In this document: positions 14,701 through 27,611 of the stretch, piece by piece
Position numbering within the stretch: position 1 is the first letter of the stretch
Layout: each line of letters starts with the position of its first letter
Assembly (NCBI RefSeq): GCF_964355755.1
Contig: NC_092670.1
Location: forward strand, 19,454,795-19,518,794
Source of the DNA: Antedon mediterranea
Taxonomy: Eukaryota > Animalia > Echinodermata
Length of the DNA: 64,000 bases
Reading direction: 5' to 3'
The notes under the pieces: generated by a model
What the model saw: the letters and a program-made list of their open reading frames with translations, nothing else
Databases searched by the model: none
Told to the model about the DNA's origin: nothing
Position numbers and translations under genes: made by a program

Positions 14701-17700
14701 GATGGTAGAATCAATCACAGTTTCCAAGATACTATGATAAAATTAATCTTAACTTTTCAATTCTCGGAGGACAATGCAACGTAATATGAAATGGCTTCTC
14801 AATTTATGCAGTAAAGGAAGAGCTCAAATATAATATGAATATATTTTTGTAGAATATTAATTTACCAGGAAACTATAGTGTAAACAACAACAACTTATCT
14901 GATATAGAAAAATAATTAAATTCCTGCTAAACAATATAAATATAGATTAATCTTGGAAGAAGAGTTATAATTGGTATGTATGATTCTTGGTTTCTAATTG
15001 GAGTCAGTTTACCTATTAGGTCTGTATACATCTTCAGTGTGTACAAGAAAACAAATGTTCTTTATTAGAGTTTATATTTGGAAAGGTTTTTAATTAAACA
15101 GCGACCTGGGAGTTTAAAACTGAAAGAAACTACTGTAAAGATTTAACATTTTAAACAGACTATCAACAGCGTACTGTACTTTAGTAATTTGACTGGCTAT
15201 TCATTATTACAAGTCGATGTCAACTTCTTAAGATTTTAACTAGAAATGTTATTGTTCATCAGTAATGAAAGATCATTTATAGAATGCACAAGAGTTCACA
15301 TAATCATCATGCGTTATTATCAATTCTCCACGGCAATAATAATAATTATTCTCTACTTTTATAGATTTCATTTGACTGATGCCAGAGGGTGCAATAATCT
15401 AAAGGTTGTATGGAAGAGACCTTTAACAGTGTGACTAACGAATAACGTATCTGGTTCAAATCTCTTGTGGATTCAAGTTGACTTGTTTGACATGATGAGA
15501 TAATTATTTATAAGATATGATCAATTTATTCTTGCTTTTCTTTGAAATGGAAATAACTTTGATAATTTTACAGCAGTAATAATAATAAATATTTATAAGG
15601 TATCTATTTGATACATAAATATACTGACAACCTTTTTTTGGTCTCAGTTTGAGAGGTATAGTGAGTTTCGAAGTTTCACCCATTTTATGGGAACCTGGGG
15701 AACTATTTTCTGTAAAAAGGCACAAGTATATCCTTTTAATAGAAATACAGAATAACTTCTTCCGTTAGTTAGTACCATAAGTTAAAGCATGGAATAAACA
15801 GTTGTGTGTGGTATGAGTTGAGATTAGATTTTAATGAACACATTACATGGGAAATTTAAGATGGCTGAAAAGGTTCGAAAGTTGGAAGAAATCCAACATT
15901 ATGAGAAGTAAAACATTGAAACCTGTTGGCCAAACTAATCACCTCATCGACTTGCAATAAGATCGAACATAATTAAAATTGATCATATGAGATAACGTGT
16001 TAAGTCTATCCGTTCTCTGGAGTTTTTTTGCAAATAAAATGTACTAACATTTCATGAAATAAGGAGGTTTTTTTCATTTTGTAGACGGAAAACATTGATA
16101 TGCACGTTTTGTTTGTCTGCTTGAATCTAACACGATTATAAATATCAAGTAGGCCGTTAATTTCAGACTTCAGTTAAAAAATTACACGGATAAAACCTAT
16201 ATATACAATATTTTGTTTTTGTCTTTTTGTGGGAAAAGCCCATCCCTATATATTGAACCATGTTTTTCTTTTCACGTGTTTTTACATTACTTTATATTTC
16301 ATATTATTTTATATTTATTGATTTCATTTTTTACACATACGATAGTAAAGGAAAAACCAAACATTATTATACATATTAAAGTATTGAATTAGAATGTTCT
16401 GATGGTATTTCCACACAATTTTTTGTCTTAAACCATTTTTTTACTTCATGCTTAAATCATACTAATTTTCAGAATAAATAAATTAAATAATCTGTATTAT
16501 ATCCTTAAGTTTGGTGCCATTTCTGCATCAAAGAAAATTTAAATATTTCAAATCAAAGTACTTAACATGGCTTTCCTGTCTCAATGAATTTATTTCATTG
16601 CAATTGGCGTCTTACAGTTCGATATGTGAAATACAATAAGGTTAATCTCTACCATGGATAGCTCCACAGTTAATCAAACATAAGCATAAGCGCATATAAA
16701 GCTGTTGTGTAACAAAGTAGCATGTTGAGGATGTTGTGGTGACCACTGTTTAATGCCCATATGGCCTAATTTAAGCCATATATTTGGTTAATGAATTATA
16801 CATAAATTCACCTACTTTAGTATACAAGAGAGTACAATGCCAAAGGAAAAAAACATATAAAAAGGTAAATTCTTAATGATCTTTTAAATATATCACAGGA
16901 AATAGGTTGAATATATTGGAAACATGAAGGAAAACTGGATTATAGAAATGGAGCAAAGTAGAAGATAACAGTAAAGGGGTGACTGAGGAAACGTGACAAG
17001 CAGTAGTAATGGCAGAGATAGGACAAAAATAATACAAACAAAGGTAGTTAAAAAAAACCTTGATTTATCCATCAACATGGAGAAATTTCATATTGATGAA
17101 ATCCATATAAAAGGTTGCTTCCATTATACTTTGCTATATGATTGTACCTCTTAGTTTCCAATGAAAACGCTGCAAAACATACATTATATTCTACTCAAAA
17201 TACCATTCATTTAATTTCTCTTTACGGAATTCCATACCTATTTGAAGCGAACTAAACCACTGAACTTGATGAGATGGAAGTGATTATGTAAACGACATGC
17301 AGAACATAATTTAGAATTTCTGTGATAGAACCGCAGTCAGGATTGAAATACAGGTGTTCTAATTTTTAGCTTTTAACAAAATTGTATAAAAAATAAACAG
17401 CCCAGTTCCACTGTCTTGATTGTTTATTGTTTTAGAATACATGCTGCACAGAAGGAGTTTATATATACAGTACGGTACATACAGCATCTATAAATCTCTT
17501 TTGAATTCTTTAGATGGACAAGTAAATGTTGGCAATGTATGTATTGGTATAAAACAGTGATGTGGCCCAAGAAATAAAGTTGTGCAGTTTTCACAAGAAA
17601 AAGAAACAATCTCTTTTCAAGGCAATTGTTTGTCAAAGGCCTCTGAAAAAGTGGTCACGTTGAAACCTTACCAACAGTACTGGTGGCTACGACTCTGTAA

Positions 17701-20700
17701 AATGATGTTCAAATATTCCATCAAGAATAAATTGTTTCAGAATGTGAATAATTGAAAACATATGGACAAACTTTAATAGCAAAGTCTAAAAGTTGACCGA
17801 TTGATTGATGCGAAAATTATCTACAAGATAGGGCAAACTCATGATATTTATATATTATCAAAAAACATATGGATACCATATGGGCTGCTCATAAGAATCC
17901 AAACTCCAACGTAGGCTCAATTGATAATGAAATTCAATGGACGTTTAAATAATGAAATGATTAATTTTGAAACAAATTTGGTAGGGCATTTACATTTGCG
18001 TGTTGAGGGCGAGGGGGTGGAAGTAAAAATTAATTTTTGAATACATTGTTTAATACTGCACTCGTAGTAGTAATTATAAGGTGAACTGTAAGCCTAAAGT
18101 TTGTTTGGTTCTGGTTCGAATCTTATCATTGATCTCCTTGTCACTAATGTGTACCAATATAGTAGTATTAGTATCATCTTCTGGATGGAAAATGGTCCTG
18201 TACGTGTGATGTATACGGCAAAACTATAGTAAGATTTAAAGGAGTACAGGTACTGTAGTAGTAAGACTTTCGTAGGCTGATGTGGTAAATATTGAATAAA
18301 TTAATGTAGCACCCACCAGCTGTGCAAACATGAGACAGGTTACGCGGACTGTACTGCAGACATTGATTAATTGAATCATAAATAATTTAATTAATAATAA
18401 AGTCAACATATGGATCTTCAGACTGACAGTAAATTTACATTTTAAATGCTAAGTTCTGTAATAAAAGTATTTTACCGTAAGTCTAAATTAATGGAATTAC
18501 GTGACCTTTGACATTTAAAAGCAATGTGTCATTTTCACACTATCATGGCATATTTTATCATTAAAAACATAAATTGAATACAAATTTAGTAACTCATCCC
18601 ATCACCTTAAAAAAAGTAATCCAGGGCTCGAAATTCACGCTAGCAAACTAGCATTTTGCTAGTAGATTCTTGATAATTGCTAGTTGAAAATTTCATAACT
18701 AGCAAATGTTTGCTAGTGTAATTTTTGAAAAAATACATACTTTTTAGCTTAGCCACGTTAGCCGCCAATCGCTATGTCGACAACGGCTAATAGGAACCAA
18801 TTTGGTGAAAACAATTGTTTCATTTACACGCCGCCAATTTACGTCAAGGAAACGCGAATAGCACCGTGAATCATGTGGTAGCATAGTTGTTAACGATGTG
18901 CATTATATTAACAGCAAGCTTTTCCCCAACACAAAAGCATGTGCATTTAGTACGTCGCTAAGGATTACATCATCAGTCACCTGATTACAGAATACGCGAT
19001 TATCAATTTAGGGATTTAACGAAATAAATATTTTGCCTACACAGTGGTCGAAGCGCGTATTTAATAGATTCGTAAATAGTAAACACCCCCCCACTTAATG
19101 GACTCTTCCAATTTTGGAGAAGAACGTCTCCTCGGCACACCACGAGGTCCTGTTGTTTGTGCGATGGATTTTCTTACGCCTATATTGTTTACCTGTGGAA
19201 TTAAATTACACACACTTTCACATCACAACTTTAATTACTGATTTTACATAGCAATGAGCAAAGGATTCATCAAAGAAGAATACGTTGAATAAAAATTCAC
19301 TTAAGAAATGCCGTAAGCTGTTTTCAAACTATTGATCAGCCCACTATTATTCCAACATCATGCCTCTCGTGCGATAGGGAATTTCCTGGATAGAGACGAG
19401 TGGAGCGCGAGAGATGGCGGAGTGAGGCGGGCGTAGCTTGGGACGGATTAGTTAGGGCCTACCAATTTCGCTCGGTGGCAATTAAATTTAATGTTTTAAT
19501 TACGTCTGGATATAAACAATATAAAACTCAGTTTTGTCATCGGCAATAATATTTTATACATAGGCCTAGTCAATTTTGTTCCGCTTCAAATTTTAAAAGT
19601 TTCGACCTAAAAAAAAGTGGGCCGAAACGTCTCGGGACGAATCGTCCATAGGCCGAAACGCCCTTGATTTGGCTAGCATGAAAGCATGTCTTGATCTTTT
19701 TTTAATTTGGCTAAAAAGGGTACTACTACTACTACAGCTTTGCCTAGCTAGGTCTAGGTCTACACCTAAATAAATTCAGATTTGTGTAGAATTTAACTAT
19801 TTTACCGAAAAAAAATTGTGATTGCTAGTTATGCTGCTGATTTTGCTAGTTAATTTTTTTACAACTAGCAAAGTTTGCTAGTCGAAAAAAAAGTAAATTT
19901 CGAGCCCTGATATATATATATATATATTTGCACTGAGAAAGATTTAGTATTAACCTTGAATAGCTCTGCAATGTCTTGGTCCATTGCTTGAGATCCAACC
20001 ACTGTTACTGAAAGATAGACAATGCTATGGTACTGGTTGGTATCATGATACTGGTTCCACAGCATTGTCTATTTTTCAGTAATGTATGCCTTTTGAATTT
20101 TATATATACTATACAGTAAATATATATAAATTTGTAATAAAATAATTAAATAAATATGATTTTGCATACAAATTTTATTACGAATTTATCATTTTACTTG
20201 AAAATTACTCCAAGAATACACATAATGACAGGTTTTATTAACTCATGTGCAACAAACACTTGTACTTTAAATATTCATGAACTTGCCAAAAGTAATTATT
20301 ATCTGTCACTGTAAAATGTCACGATTCCATAATATATTAATTAAAACTCAAGTATTGAATGTCTTTTTGTTATGTAAATATTAAATCACTATTAATGATT
20401 TGAGTTTCAATTAATTACTAAATTGTTAATATAAATGAATTAATAACAGATGTATTGTTATATGTCAATGTACTCTAATATAATTTCATTATCACAGTTT
20501 TACAGAAACTGTATATGATTATAGAGAAAAACAAATGGAATAGGTCGTGATTGAACCTAGGTCCGTATGATTTGAAGCCAAGCAACAAGCTATAGCTCCA
20601 CTAACTAATCGATAAACTACAATGACAAAAGTGTTATTCCATCACGTTTCATGGATAAAATGTAATTACTTAACGGCTAATTAAGCATGCTCATATCGTG

Positions 20701-22395
20701 TACACTTGACTTAACAAATACACACCATAGATGTGCTTTCTAAACACTTCAAGAAACAAATAGAATGATCCAAGCCAGAAGGCCTTTACTACAGTGTATA
20801 TTTACACCCTACATCCTTGCCTTGTAATTTACCCTTTCACACAGAGCTGTGAGATGGCAATATTTCAGTAAAAGTCAGAGACTACTGTACTTATTACAGT
20901 ATCCAACGTCTGGTAATTTTACCGTTTCTGTGTGAAATGGGGACCAATTTGGGAAAAATGATTATTCTTTAACCACTTTCACACCGGGAAACAGTAATAT
21001 TACCTCCTGTGTAGTGAAAGAGTCTATGGTAGTTATTTAATCTGTGATAGAATTCAAATTTTAGGAGGACATTTTTCTCAGTATAAGTACTGTAGCATAC
21101 AATATTATGCCTTCAAAGTAACACAGAAAAAAGTTCCTAAAAACAGGCGATAAATGTGCAAAGGTTAAGTCAAGGAGCAGGAAGATAGGATACTGTAGGA
21201 CTGTAAATGATACTGTACATTCACATACACAAATCTTGTATCATTTAATATATAAAGCTCTGTCTATACTATCAAACATTATGTAACAAAAAATGTGATG
21301 TGCCCATATATGGACATGATGATGTCATATCACTACCATATTTGGGCATATCACTTCTATATTTGGGCACATCAAATTTTGTTTGTAAAACTAATTTGAT
21401 AATGTAGACAGAGATTTAAGGTACTGTATTTTTGTAATGTTAAAGAAATGAATGAAGGAAAAGGAAAATTAAAGTAGGCTTAAGAAACTCCCTGTTGATT
21501 AGAGAAGTATAAACCTTTGATTCAATAATATCAGGATGTCATATAGCTTTGGATGTCATATGGCTATTAATGCTTTAGTTGGCTGAATTTAACCTTGGTA
21601 CAGGCTACATTTTTAGCTATAGAATTTTGTTCTTACAAAGAAAAGAATAGCGAGTGACATACAGTATATTGACTTAGGTAGAAGTAAAACCAAGATTTTA
21701 AGTGCTGATTATAGGAAAAGTATATGTTTAGATTGTAATATTACTCGATTCATCCCTGGTTAATCTTTTAATTTTTAATATAAATAATGAATGTTCAAAT
21801 TAATTATAATAATTAATTATGTGAAAGACAGTTAAGGCTGCAGAATGATTTGTTAGGTCACTTGATGATGCCTAATAAATAAAATTCATGCTTACCCCTT
21901 TCTTGCTTTGCGAGGCTTTAATAAAGTAGCAAGTCCTTCTTTTGGTACCAAGTTCGAACTTGGGTAATCCCGGAATAACGCATTAAACTTGCCCTCTGTC
22001 TTTGGTAAAATTGCTGGATCAAAACGCGAAAATTTATGATAAATATTAAAAAAGTTCCCTTCATCTGGAAAGCCATGCGGTCTGGAACGATTTGACTGAG
22101 CCTGGTACATTTGTTCTAATTTCGCTACATTTAAGGCATTGTCTTGATTTGGTTTGTTAGTGCTATTTTTTGTCGACCCTGATCGAGAGTCGCTTTTGTC
22201 TAGTTTTTTACGTATTTGAAAGCCAACTTGGTTTGGATCATAAACAGTTTGAGGGTGAATGTAGTCCTTTTCCTTGATTTTGTTTGACTTACTACCGCCA
22301 TGTTCGATATCATTTAGAGTTAAGTAGCATAGCGTGCCTAATAACACAAATGCTATGAGTGCAGAGAATACAGCGAATCTCTGTTTAAGCTTCAT
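5676..22395 (-). CDS. FAM20C: FAM20C-like Golgi/extracellular Ser/Thr kinase, 5' part (coding exons 21896-22395, 13066-13193, 11583-11661, 7263-7355, 5676-5788; remaining exons not found in window, probably left of position 1)
   Basis: All exons have GT-AG ends and join in frame. Translation: signal anchor [19 protein letters not shown]..., then [80 protein letters not shown]...TFFRSP. These match FAM20 kinase motifs and are closest to FAM20C ([26 protein letters not shown]). Confidence 0.92.
6214..6333. repeat. Minisatellite, 21 bp x about 5.7 (TGTAATAACTGCAGTAATTGC)
   Basis: Directly visible; related CTGCAGTAA motifs recur at 38580-39240. Confidence 0.93.
6768..6853. repeat. Degenerate 21-bp tandem repeat (AACTGGTGACAGTGATGTC) x 4
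   Basis: Directly visible. Confidence 0.75.
6885..7150 (-). mobile_element. Degenerate RTE-like LINE 3' end
   Basis: Minus strand reads GGCTTTTGTCCAGCAGTTGACT followed by a (GAT)n-like tail; a decayed basic C-terminal segment lies upstream. Confidence 0.4.
7263..7355 (-). CDS. FAM20C: FAM20C coding exon 4
   Basis: Encodes [31 protein letters not shown]; flanked by tgcAG and GTAATA. Confidence 0.93.
8588..8661 (+). mobile_element. tRNA-like SINE head or tRNA pseudogene
   Basis: A box TGGTCTAATGG and B box GGCTCGAATC; stems and anticodon arm degenerate. Confidence 0.5.
11583..11661 (-). CDS. FAM20C: FAM20C coding exon 3
   Basis: Encodes [25 protein letters not shown]; donor GTAAGT. Confidence 0.92.
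11699..11877. mobile_element. Family H MITE
   Basis: Same TIR; TAA target duplication on both sides. Confidence 0.85.
12745..12920. mobile_element. Short MITE with CAGGGGC...GCGCCTG ends and 5-bp TSD (hAT5-like)
   Basis: Imperfect TIR CAGGGGCAGATCCAG / CTAAATCCGCGCCTG; ATTTA duplicated on both sides. Confidence 0.7.
13066..13193 (-). CDS. FAM20C: FAM20C coding exon 2
   Basis: ttttcAG...G|GTAAG; encodes [42 protein letters not shown]; phases match both neighbours. Confidence 0.9.
13601..14465. mobile_element. Non-autonomous Ginger-like DNA transposon, copy A
   Basis: Terminal inverted repeats TGTTATGCGCGATTTGAACGATTTGCGCAA...TTGCGCAAATCGTTCAAATCGCGCATAACA; 4-bp TSD TACT; TGT...ACA ends. Confidence 0.85.
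18622..19909. mobile_element. hAT-like non-autonomous DNA transposon
   Basis: TIR CAGGGCTCGAAATT...AATTTCGAGCCCTG; subterminal GCTAG/CTAGC repeats at both ends; TSD not recognisable. Confidence 0.75.
21256..21415. mobile_element. Family H MITE
   Basis: Same TIR and internal repeat. Confidence 0.8.
21896..22395 (-). CDS. FAM20C: FAM20C coding exon 1 (signal anchor and stem)
   Basis: ORF 21892..22395; donor GG|GTAAG at 21895; exon extends 5' to an acceptor at 22562 (tttcttctAG). Confidence 0.88.
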
Positions 22396-22693
22396 GCTTC
22401 TGGAAATGCTTCAATTTTCTTTATAAACATAGACACCTCATTGTCTGCGGATTGCAAGTTTTTTAATCATCTCTCACAGAAAATGTCCGGAGGCCTACAC
22501 ACATCAAAGAGCTCAATTACATATATGTAACATCGTCACTTGGATGTTGATATGGCTATTACTAGAAGAAATAAAGAGAAAATATTGATTAAGAAAACAG
22601 TAATCAAAGGTTCAGATACAACTAGAACATTCTATACACTGGTTCCTTGTAGAATTGTCAGTCAGCTAAAATTATTTTAAAACCCAGGATGAC

Positions 22694-22837
22694 TTAGTTC
22701 CCACTATGCCAAAAGGTAAGGATGTAAGCACAACAAAGGTAAATTTGACCTATTCCAAGCAATGGATTATGCGAATTGTGATCACTTGCTTTGCACTTAC
22801 ATCCTTTTTTTGCATCCTAGTGGGAACCAAATCTAAG
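22694..22837. mobile_element. MITE; related copies near 33610-33738 and 51648-51757
   Basis: GTTCCCACTA...AAGGATGTAAG / CTTACATCC...TAGTGGGAACC inverted ends. Confidence 0.5.
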
Positions 22838-22910
22838 CTAAATTTTATATACCCACTAAAGAATGTGGTTTAATACTGTATTGAAAATGTTAAGGCTTGT
22901 CAACGAATTA

Positions 22911-23068
22911 AGCTGTCTACAGTACACTATCAAACTTTATGTGACAAAAAAATGTGATATGCTCATATATGGAGATGATCACTACCATATTTAGGCATAT
23001 CACTACCATATTAGGCACATCACACTTTTTTTGTCAAGCTACAGTAGTTCGACAGTGTAGACAGAGCT
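22911..23068. mobile_element. Family H MITE
   Basis: Same family; TTA flanks on both sides. Confidence 0.8.
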
Positions 23069-24914
23069 TTAGACTTTGGACCTGTAGGCAATTAACACAA
23101 GTCTTAACATATATCTCTGAATCAATACGCAATTGATAACTCTGCAAAAATCTTTTTCACAAAAAATTGAGTGGGCGACATAAATTGAGTGGGTTATAAC
23201 ATTTTGTAGGCCCTATACCGAAAGGTGGATGTTGTAAAAAATTAGGTTTAGTGGAAGGCTGTACAAAATAAATATGTGCCAGAAAAAAAACACACTGGCA
23301 AGCACCCGAACACTGCTGTAATTTCAATATTTAATGATAATGTACTGTTCATTTGAAAAGATTCTGAAAAGAAAAATGTACATCAACGTTAACATTACAT
23401 TTATAATATAGGGAAATATTGCATAATATGTTGATTTACATATCTAGGCAATTTACAAATAAAAAAAAAACACTTTTTCTTTAAATATCTGCATATTACA
23501 ATACTACCTGAATACTGTACATAGTTCATGTATTCTATATACTGTACAGTTCAATATGACAACCTTTAGTATTGTACTTTATTTGAACATTGTTTATAAA
23601 AACACTGTTTTTTTGTATTTAATATTCCCATATATGTAATTATGTATCCTATTTCTTTGCTAATGGTTTTGCATTTTATTAAGTGTCAAATTGGCAAATT
23701 TCATGAAGAACGATAAATGAGAGCGATTTAGTTATTATCTTATATCCTATTACATTTGGGTGTGTATGTTCCCAACTTTAACTATATAAATACTAATATG
23801 GTCATTTAGTGTATAGTTTAGGATGATATATTATTTAAAATCTATACACATTAAAGCTTGAAAATATAATAGTGTTTACAGACATTTTTTATTTTACATG
23901 AATGACTGAGGTAATGACTTTTGCTATAAAACTTATTTATTTTTAAGCAGTAAAAACTGCATATAAATAGGCTTTTTCTCTTATAGTCTTGATATATACT
24001 CAATAGGTAGGTATTAACAATGTTTACAAATGTCGATCCAAAGGCAATGGGCCTTGTCATTTTAAAGTTTCTGTAAACGTCAGATTTGGAGACATCATTC
24101 ACCCGTTCATAAGATGAGCATGCCATTGTTTTCTCTCTATTTTAGCACTTTTAAAAACTGGTTTAGTGAGCACTCAAACATCGCTCCTCTCTCATTTAAT
24201 ATATTTGGTAGAGGTACTTATTGAGGCCTTTGAATTCCTCCTGTTACAAAAATTCTGGATACTCCCAAAGATGATTTTCATACAAATTTAAGCATTTATA
24301 CCAACCCCTCTCTATTTTCATACATACAGTATATTTTAGAATAGTCAAGTTCAATAGACATTTGAAATACAATATATTAATATTTATAGTTTTACTGTAG
24401 AGTTATGCTATCAATATGAAATCTGGCCTAGTTACAATTATAAGCACAATAAAATAATGTACAAGATTGTATATTTTTATTGCTTTATAAAGTAGAATCT
24501 AAATTGAAAAAAGAAATGAATATTGTATGATTTTATTACTTTATGGCAACAAATACAATTTCTGGAAAAAAAAGTCAATATTTCTTAAATAAAAAACAAC
24601 ATTTCAAACAATTTATGAAAATTTTAATGTAAATAAGACAACATATTAAATTCAAAGAGACTGCTTTATTAAATTTAATAGGCTAGTAAATTGATATTAC
24701 ACAACATAAATAGCAGCTAATCTTATGCAGTGAGAAACTGCAGTTTAGAATTACAGGCATGTGTTGTTATTTTGACCATTTTAAGAAAATTTAAATTACA
24801 GTATTAATATATAACAATTAAACCGCTAGGATGCATATTCGTGATTTCATTGAGCCCATTCATAGCATTTGTTAGGCCGCACTGCACTACTTCATGCCGA
24901 GAGTCCGTACTTAC

Positions 24915-25290
24915 CGTAAAGCACAATGACACGGTGGGCTACTTCAGACGATAGTCTGCTGCAGCCTATCATCGGCCTAGCTACAACAATAAACTTAAAT
25001 CAATATTCAGAAACCTGCTTAATATACCTTACATCTTCATTGTTACAAATTCATGTAAACAAAGCAATATCGCTTGAAATTCATAACAAACCTGATATAT
25101 TACGGTGAGAGCGCCATGTCTAAAAACGAATGAGTAAGCGCTCACTTTGCAGTCACGATTTCCGCTAAGTTTCCCCGCACCACCGCAATTGGCTCGGGTT
25201 GAGAAAGTTCGCTCATACAATTCAACAGCGTGTGAAATGAAGAAGATGCATGTTCTTCAAACGCATTACGCATGCGTTACATTTTGTAAC
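24915..25290 (-). promoter_or_regulatory. Probable non-coding first exon and promoter of FAM20C
   Basis: Strong minus-strand donor CG|GTAAGT at 24914; locally CpG-richer; CCAAT box (attgg near 25188) and CGCATGCG motif near 25270. Start site not determinable. Confidence 0.5.
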
Positions 25291-26714
25291 CATACAATTC
25301 CCCCCTTACAAAAAAACCATTTTCACATAAATAATAAGCTAAATCATTAAATCAATTTATACCTACAACGAGTTTTTTTTACTTCCGATGCTACATTTAT
25401 ATCGGCTTGCTGCAATGCCCCACGATTTGTTTGATTTTCCTGTTTTCGTGGACTAAAGCTGTTTTTAATCTAGTTTTCTATAGATAGGGAGAATATTTAT
25501 TTTTACACGGTCACTTTTAAACATGTAAACAAAGCAGACTGTCTTAAGTTTCTTTATAATTTTTTACCCAGAATTTGGGGGTGGCCTGCGTGCATTTAGC
25601 AAAGTAGGACAGTGTGCTCACTTCTAAACCGCCTATGCGTCACCAAAAAGCATTAAATCATTATTTAATATGGAATTGCGGTAAATACGTAGTGGAAATG
25701 ACGCGATTGTCGTCATCATCAATGTCCTTAAAGTTTTTATAATAATATTTCGTTTCAGAATCATATGATACGTGGGCTATATTACTTGAAATATCAGACT
25801 GATATAGGCCTATAATTCATTTGATTAATAAGCCCTATTATTAATTCTCGTGACTCAGTAGGGACTAGCCTAATATAGCCATTTGTTGGTCGGTAACGGT
25901 AACGTTCGTTGACATTGTCCAATAATTTGTCGGCGTACAAAGAAAACATCAAACGCTCAATCTCGCTAACCGAACTTTGAATGCCTCATTCTTGAATTTT
26001 GTATTCACAAATTTTGAAAATCAGTCTTTTATATAGCGCATAAGTAAATCATGTAAATAAAATTTCAAAACAAAACGGAGCGCCCACCTTTAATAATTCC
26101 GCATACAACATCCGTTTTCTGCCATTTTCTTCAGAATGTTATTAGGCCTGTCAATTTCAAACTTACAGACAATATCAATTAAACTTACACTTCTTTACCG
26201 AATAAGTACAGATAGGCACTAAACGTCTGAAGTCACTATTTCTCCTTACAATCAAGTATGTCACTGCTAGCTATTTAAGTTCAGGATTGTGTACGCGCGG
26301 TAGCTGTAGCTACATAACAGATAAGCCCCGCCTACCCAATAAACAAACCAAAGTTTATGTGATAATCTATATCTGTGGGGAAATATTGAAAAAAATCTGT
26401 AGGCCGATCACGCATTTCATGGTTTGAGTAAAATATGTTTTTATAACCTATGAACTGAACATGTTTGTCATCTCTAATCCTATAAGGCCAGTCATTTAAC
26501 ATGGTTAATTGCCATCGTTCATTAGGGACTTGTGGACAATTATCTTACCCATAGACATATATTATAGTGTAAATAAGTATATGTACTGTTGGTTGGTTCG
26601 ATGATATTTTTTTTAATTCACATGGAAATTTCCGAAATGATGAAATGAAATGTATGTTCTCCATAAAAAGTGAAATATTATTTCACTTATAAAAAGACAA
26701 AAGAAACAGTTAAT

Positions 26715-26960
26715 TTTAACCAAAAACCATTGTCTGACAGATAGTTTAGTTATTTTTTGCTTAATCTTTTTCAGGAAGAATATTGTTTTTTTTCATCCAG
26801 TTTTTGGTCAAAGTGAATAACTATTACTGTATGTCCCATTAAAATGGCATATTCAACCAAATTGTAAAAAAATTATTTTTGTAGGGGGACAATATATCTT
26901 TAAACGTTCTAGCTGCTATATAGCCTCTAACGATATTCTTAAAATATTAAGGTAAATATC
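26715..26960 (+). repeat. Dispersed repeat homologous to about 80-310
   Basis: Shared AACCAAAAAC(C)CATTG...TATTTTTTGC...GTGAATAACT...AAAATGGCATATTCAA...AATATAT segments. Confidence 0.55.
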
Positions 26961-27089
26961 GCTTATTTTATAACCAGATACCTCATTAGTTTTTTTAATT
27001 TATCAAATCCCTTGGAGCTTGATAACACATAAACATAATATACCACGATCGATGACACAATAGTAAATTAAAGATGCTTTATTTATGCA

Positions 27090-27611
27090 AAATGATCAGC
27101 TCAGCTACTGCTAAAACAGAAGCGATGTGCCTACAATGTAATCGAATAAATGATCAGCTTAGCTACTGCTAAAACAGAAGCGATGTGCCTACAATGTAAT
27201 CGAATAAATGATCAGCTTAGCTACTGCTAAAACAGAAGCGATGTGCCTACAATGTAATCGAATAAATGATCAGCTTAGCTACTGCTAAAACAGAAGCGAT
27301 GTGCCTACAATGTAATCGAATAAATGATCAGCTTAGCTACTGCTAAAACAGAAGCGATGTGCCTACAATGTAATCGAATAAATGATCAGCTTAGCTACTG
27401 CTAAAACAGAAGCGATGTGCCTACAATGTAATCTAATAAATGATCAGCTTAGCTACTGCTAAAACAGAAGCGATGTGCCTACAATGTAATCGAATAAATG
27501 ATCAGCTTAGCTACTGCTAAAACAGAAGCGACGTGCCTACAATGTAATCGAATAAATGATCAGCTTAGCTACTGCTAAAACAGAAGCGATGTGCCTACAA
27601 TGTAATCGAAT
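27090..27611. repeat. Tandem repeat, 58 bp x 9
   Basis: Unit AAATGATCAGCTTAGCTACTGCTAAAACAGAAGCGATGTGCCTACAATGTAATCGAAT; only three single-base variants seen across the nine units. Confidence 0.97.

Noticed and set aside
19955-20068. Possible extra FAM20C exon ([18 protein letters not shown])
   Set aside because: Exons 1 and 2 already join in phase; this segment has no FAM20 similarity and its phases would shift the frame.
21892-22395. FAM20B assignment from the MKLKQR start
   Set aside because: Kinase-domain exons carry FAM20C-type signatures ([30 protein letters not shown]).
27090-27611. CRISPR-like regular array
   Set aside because: Units are contiguous and identical with no unique spacers; eukaryotic context and no cas genes.
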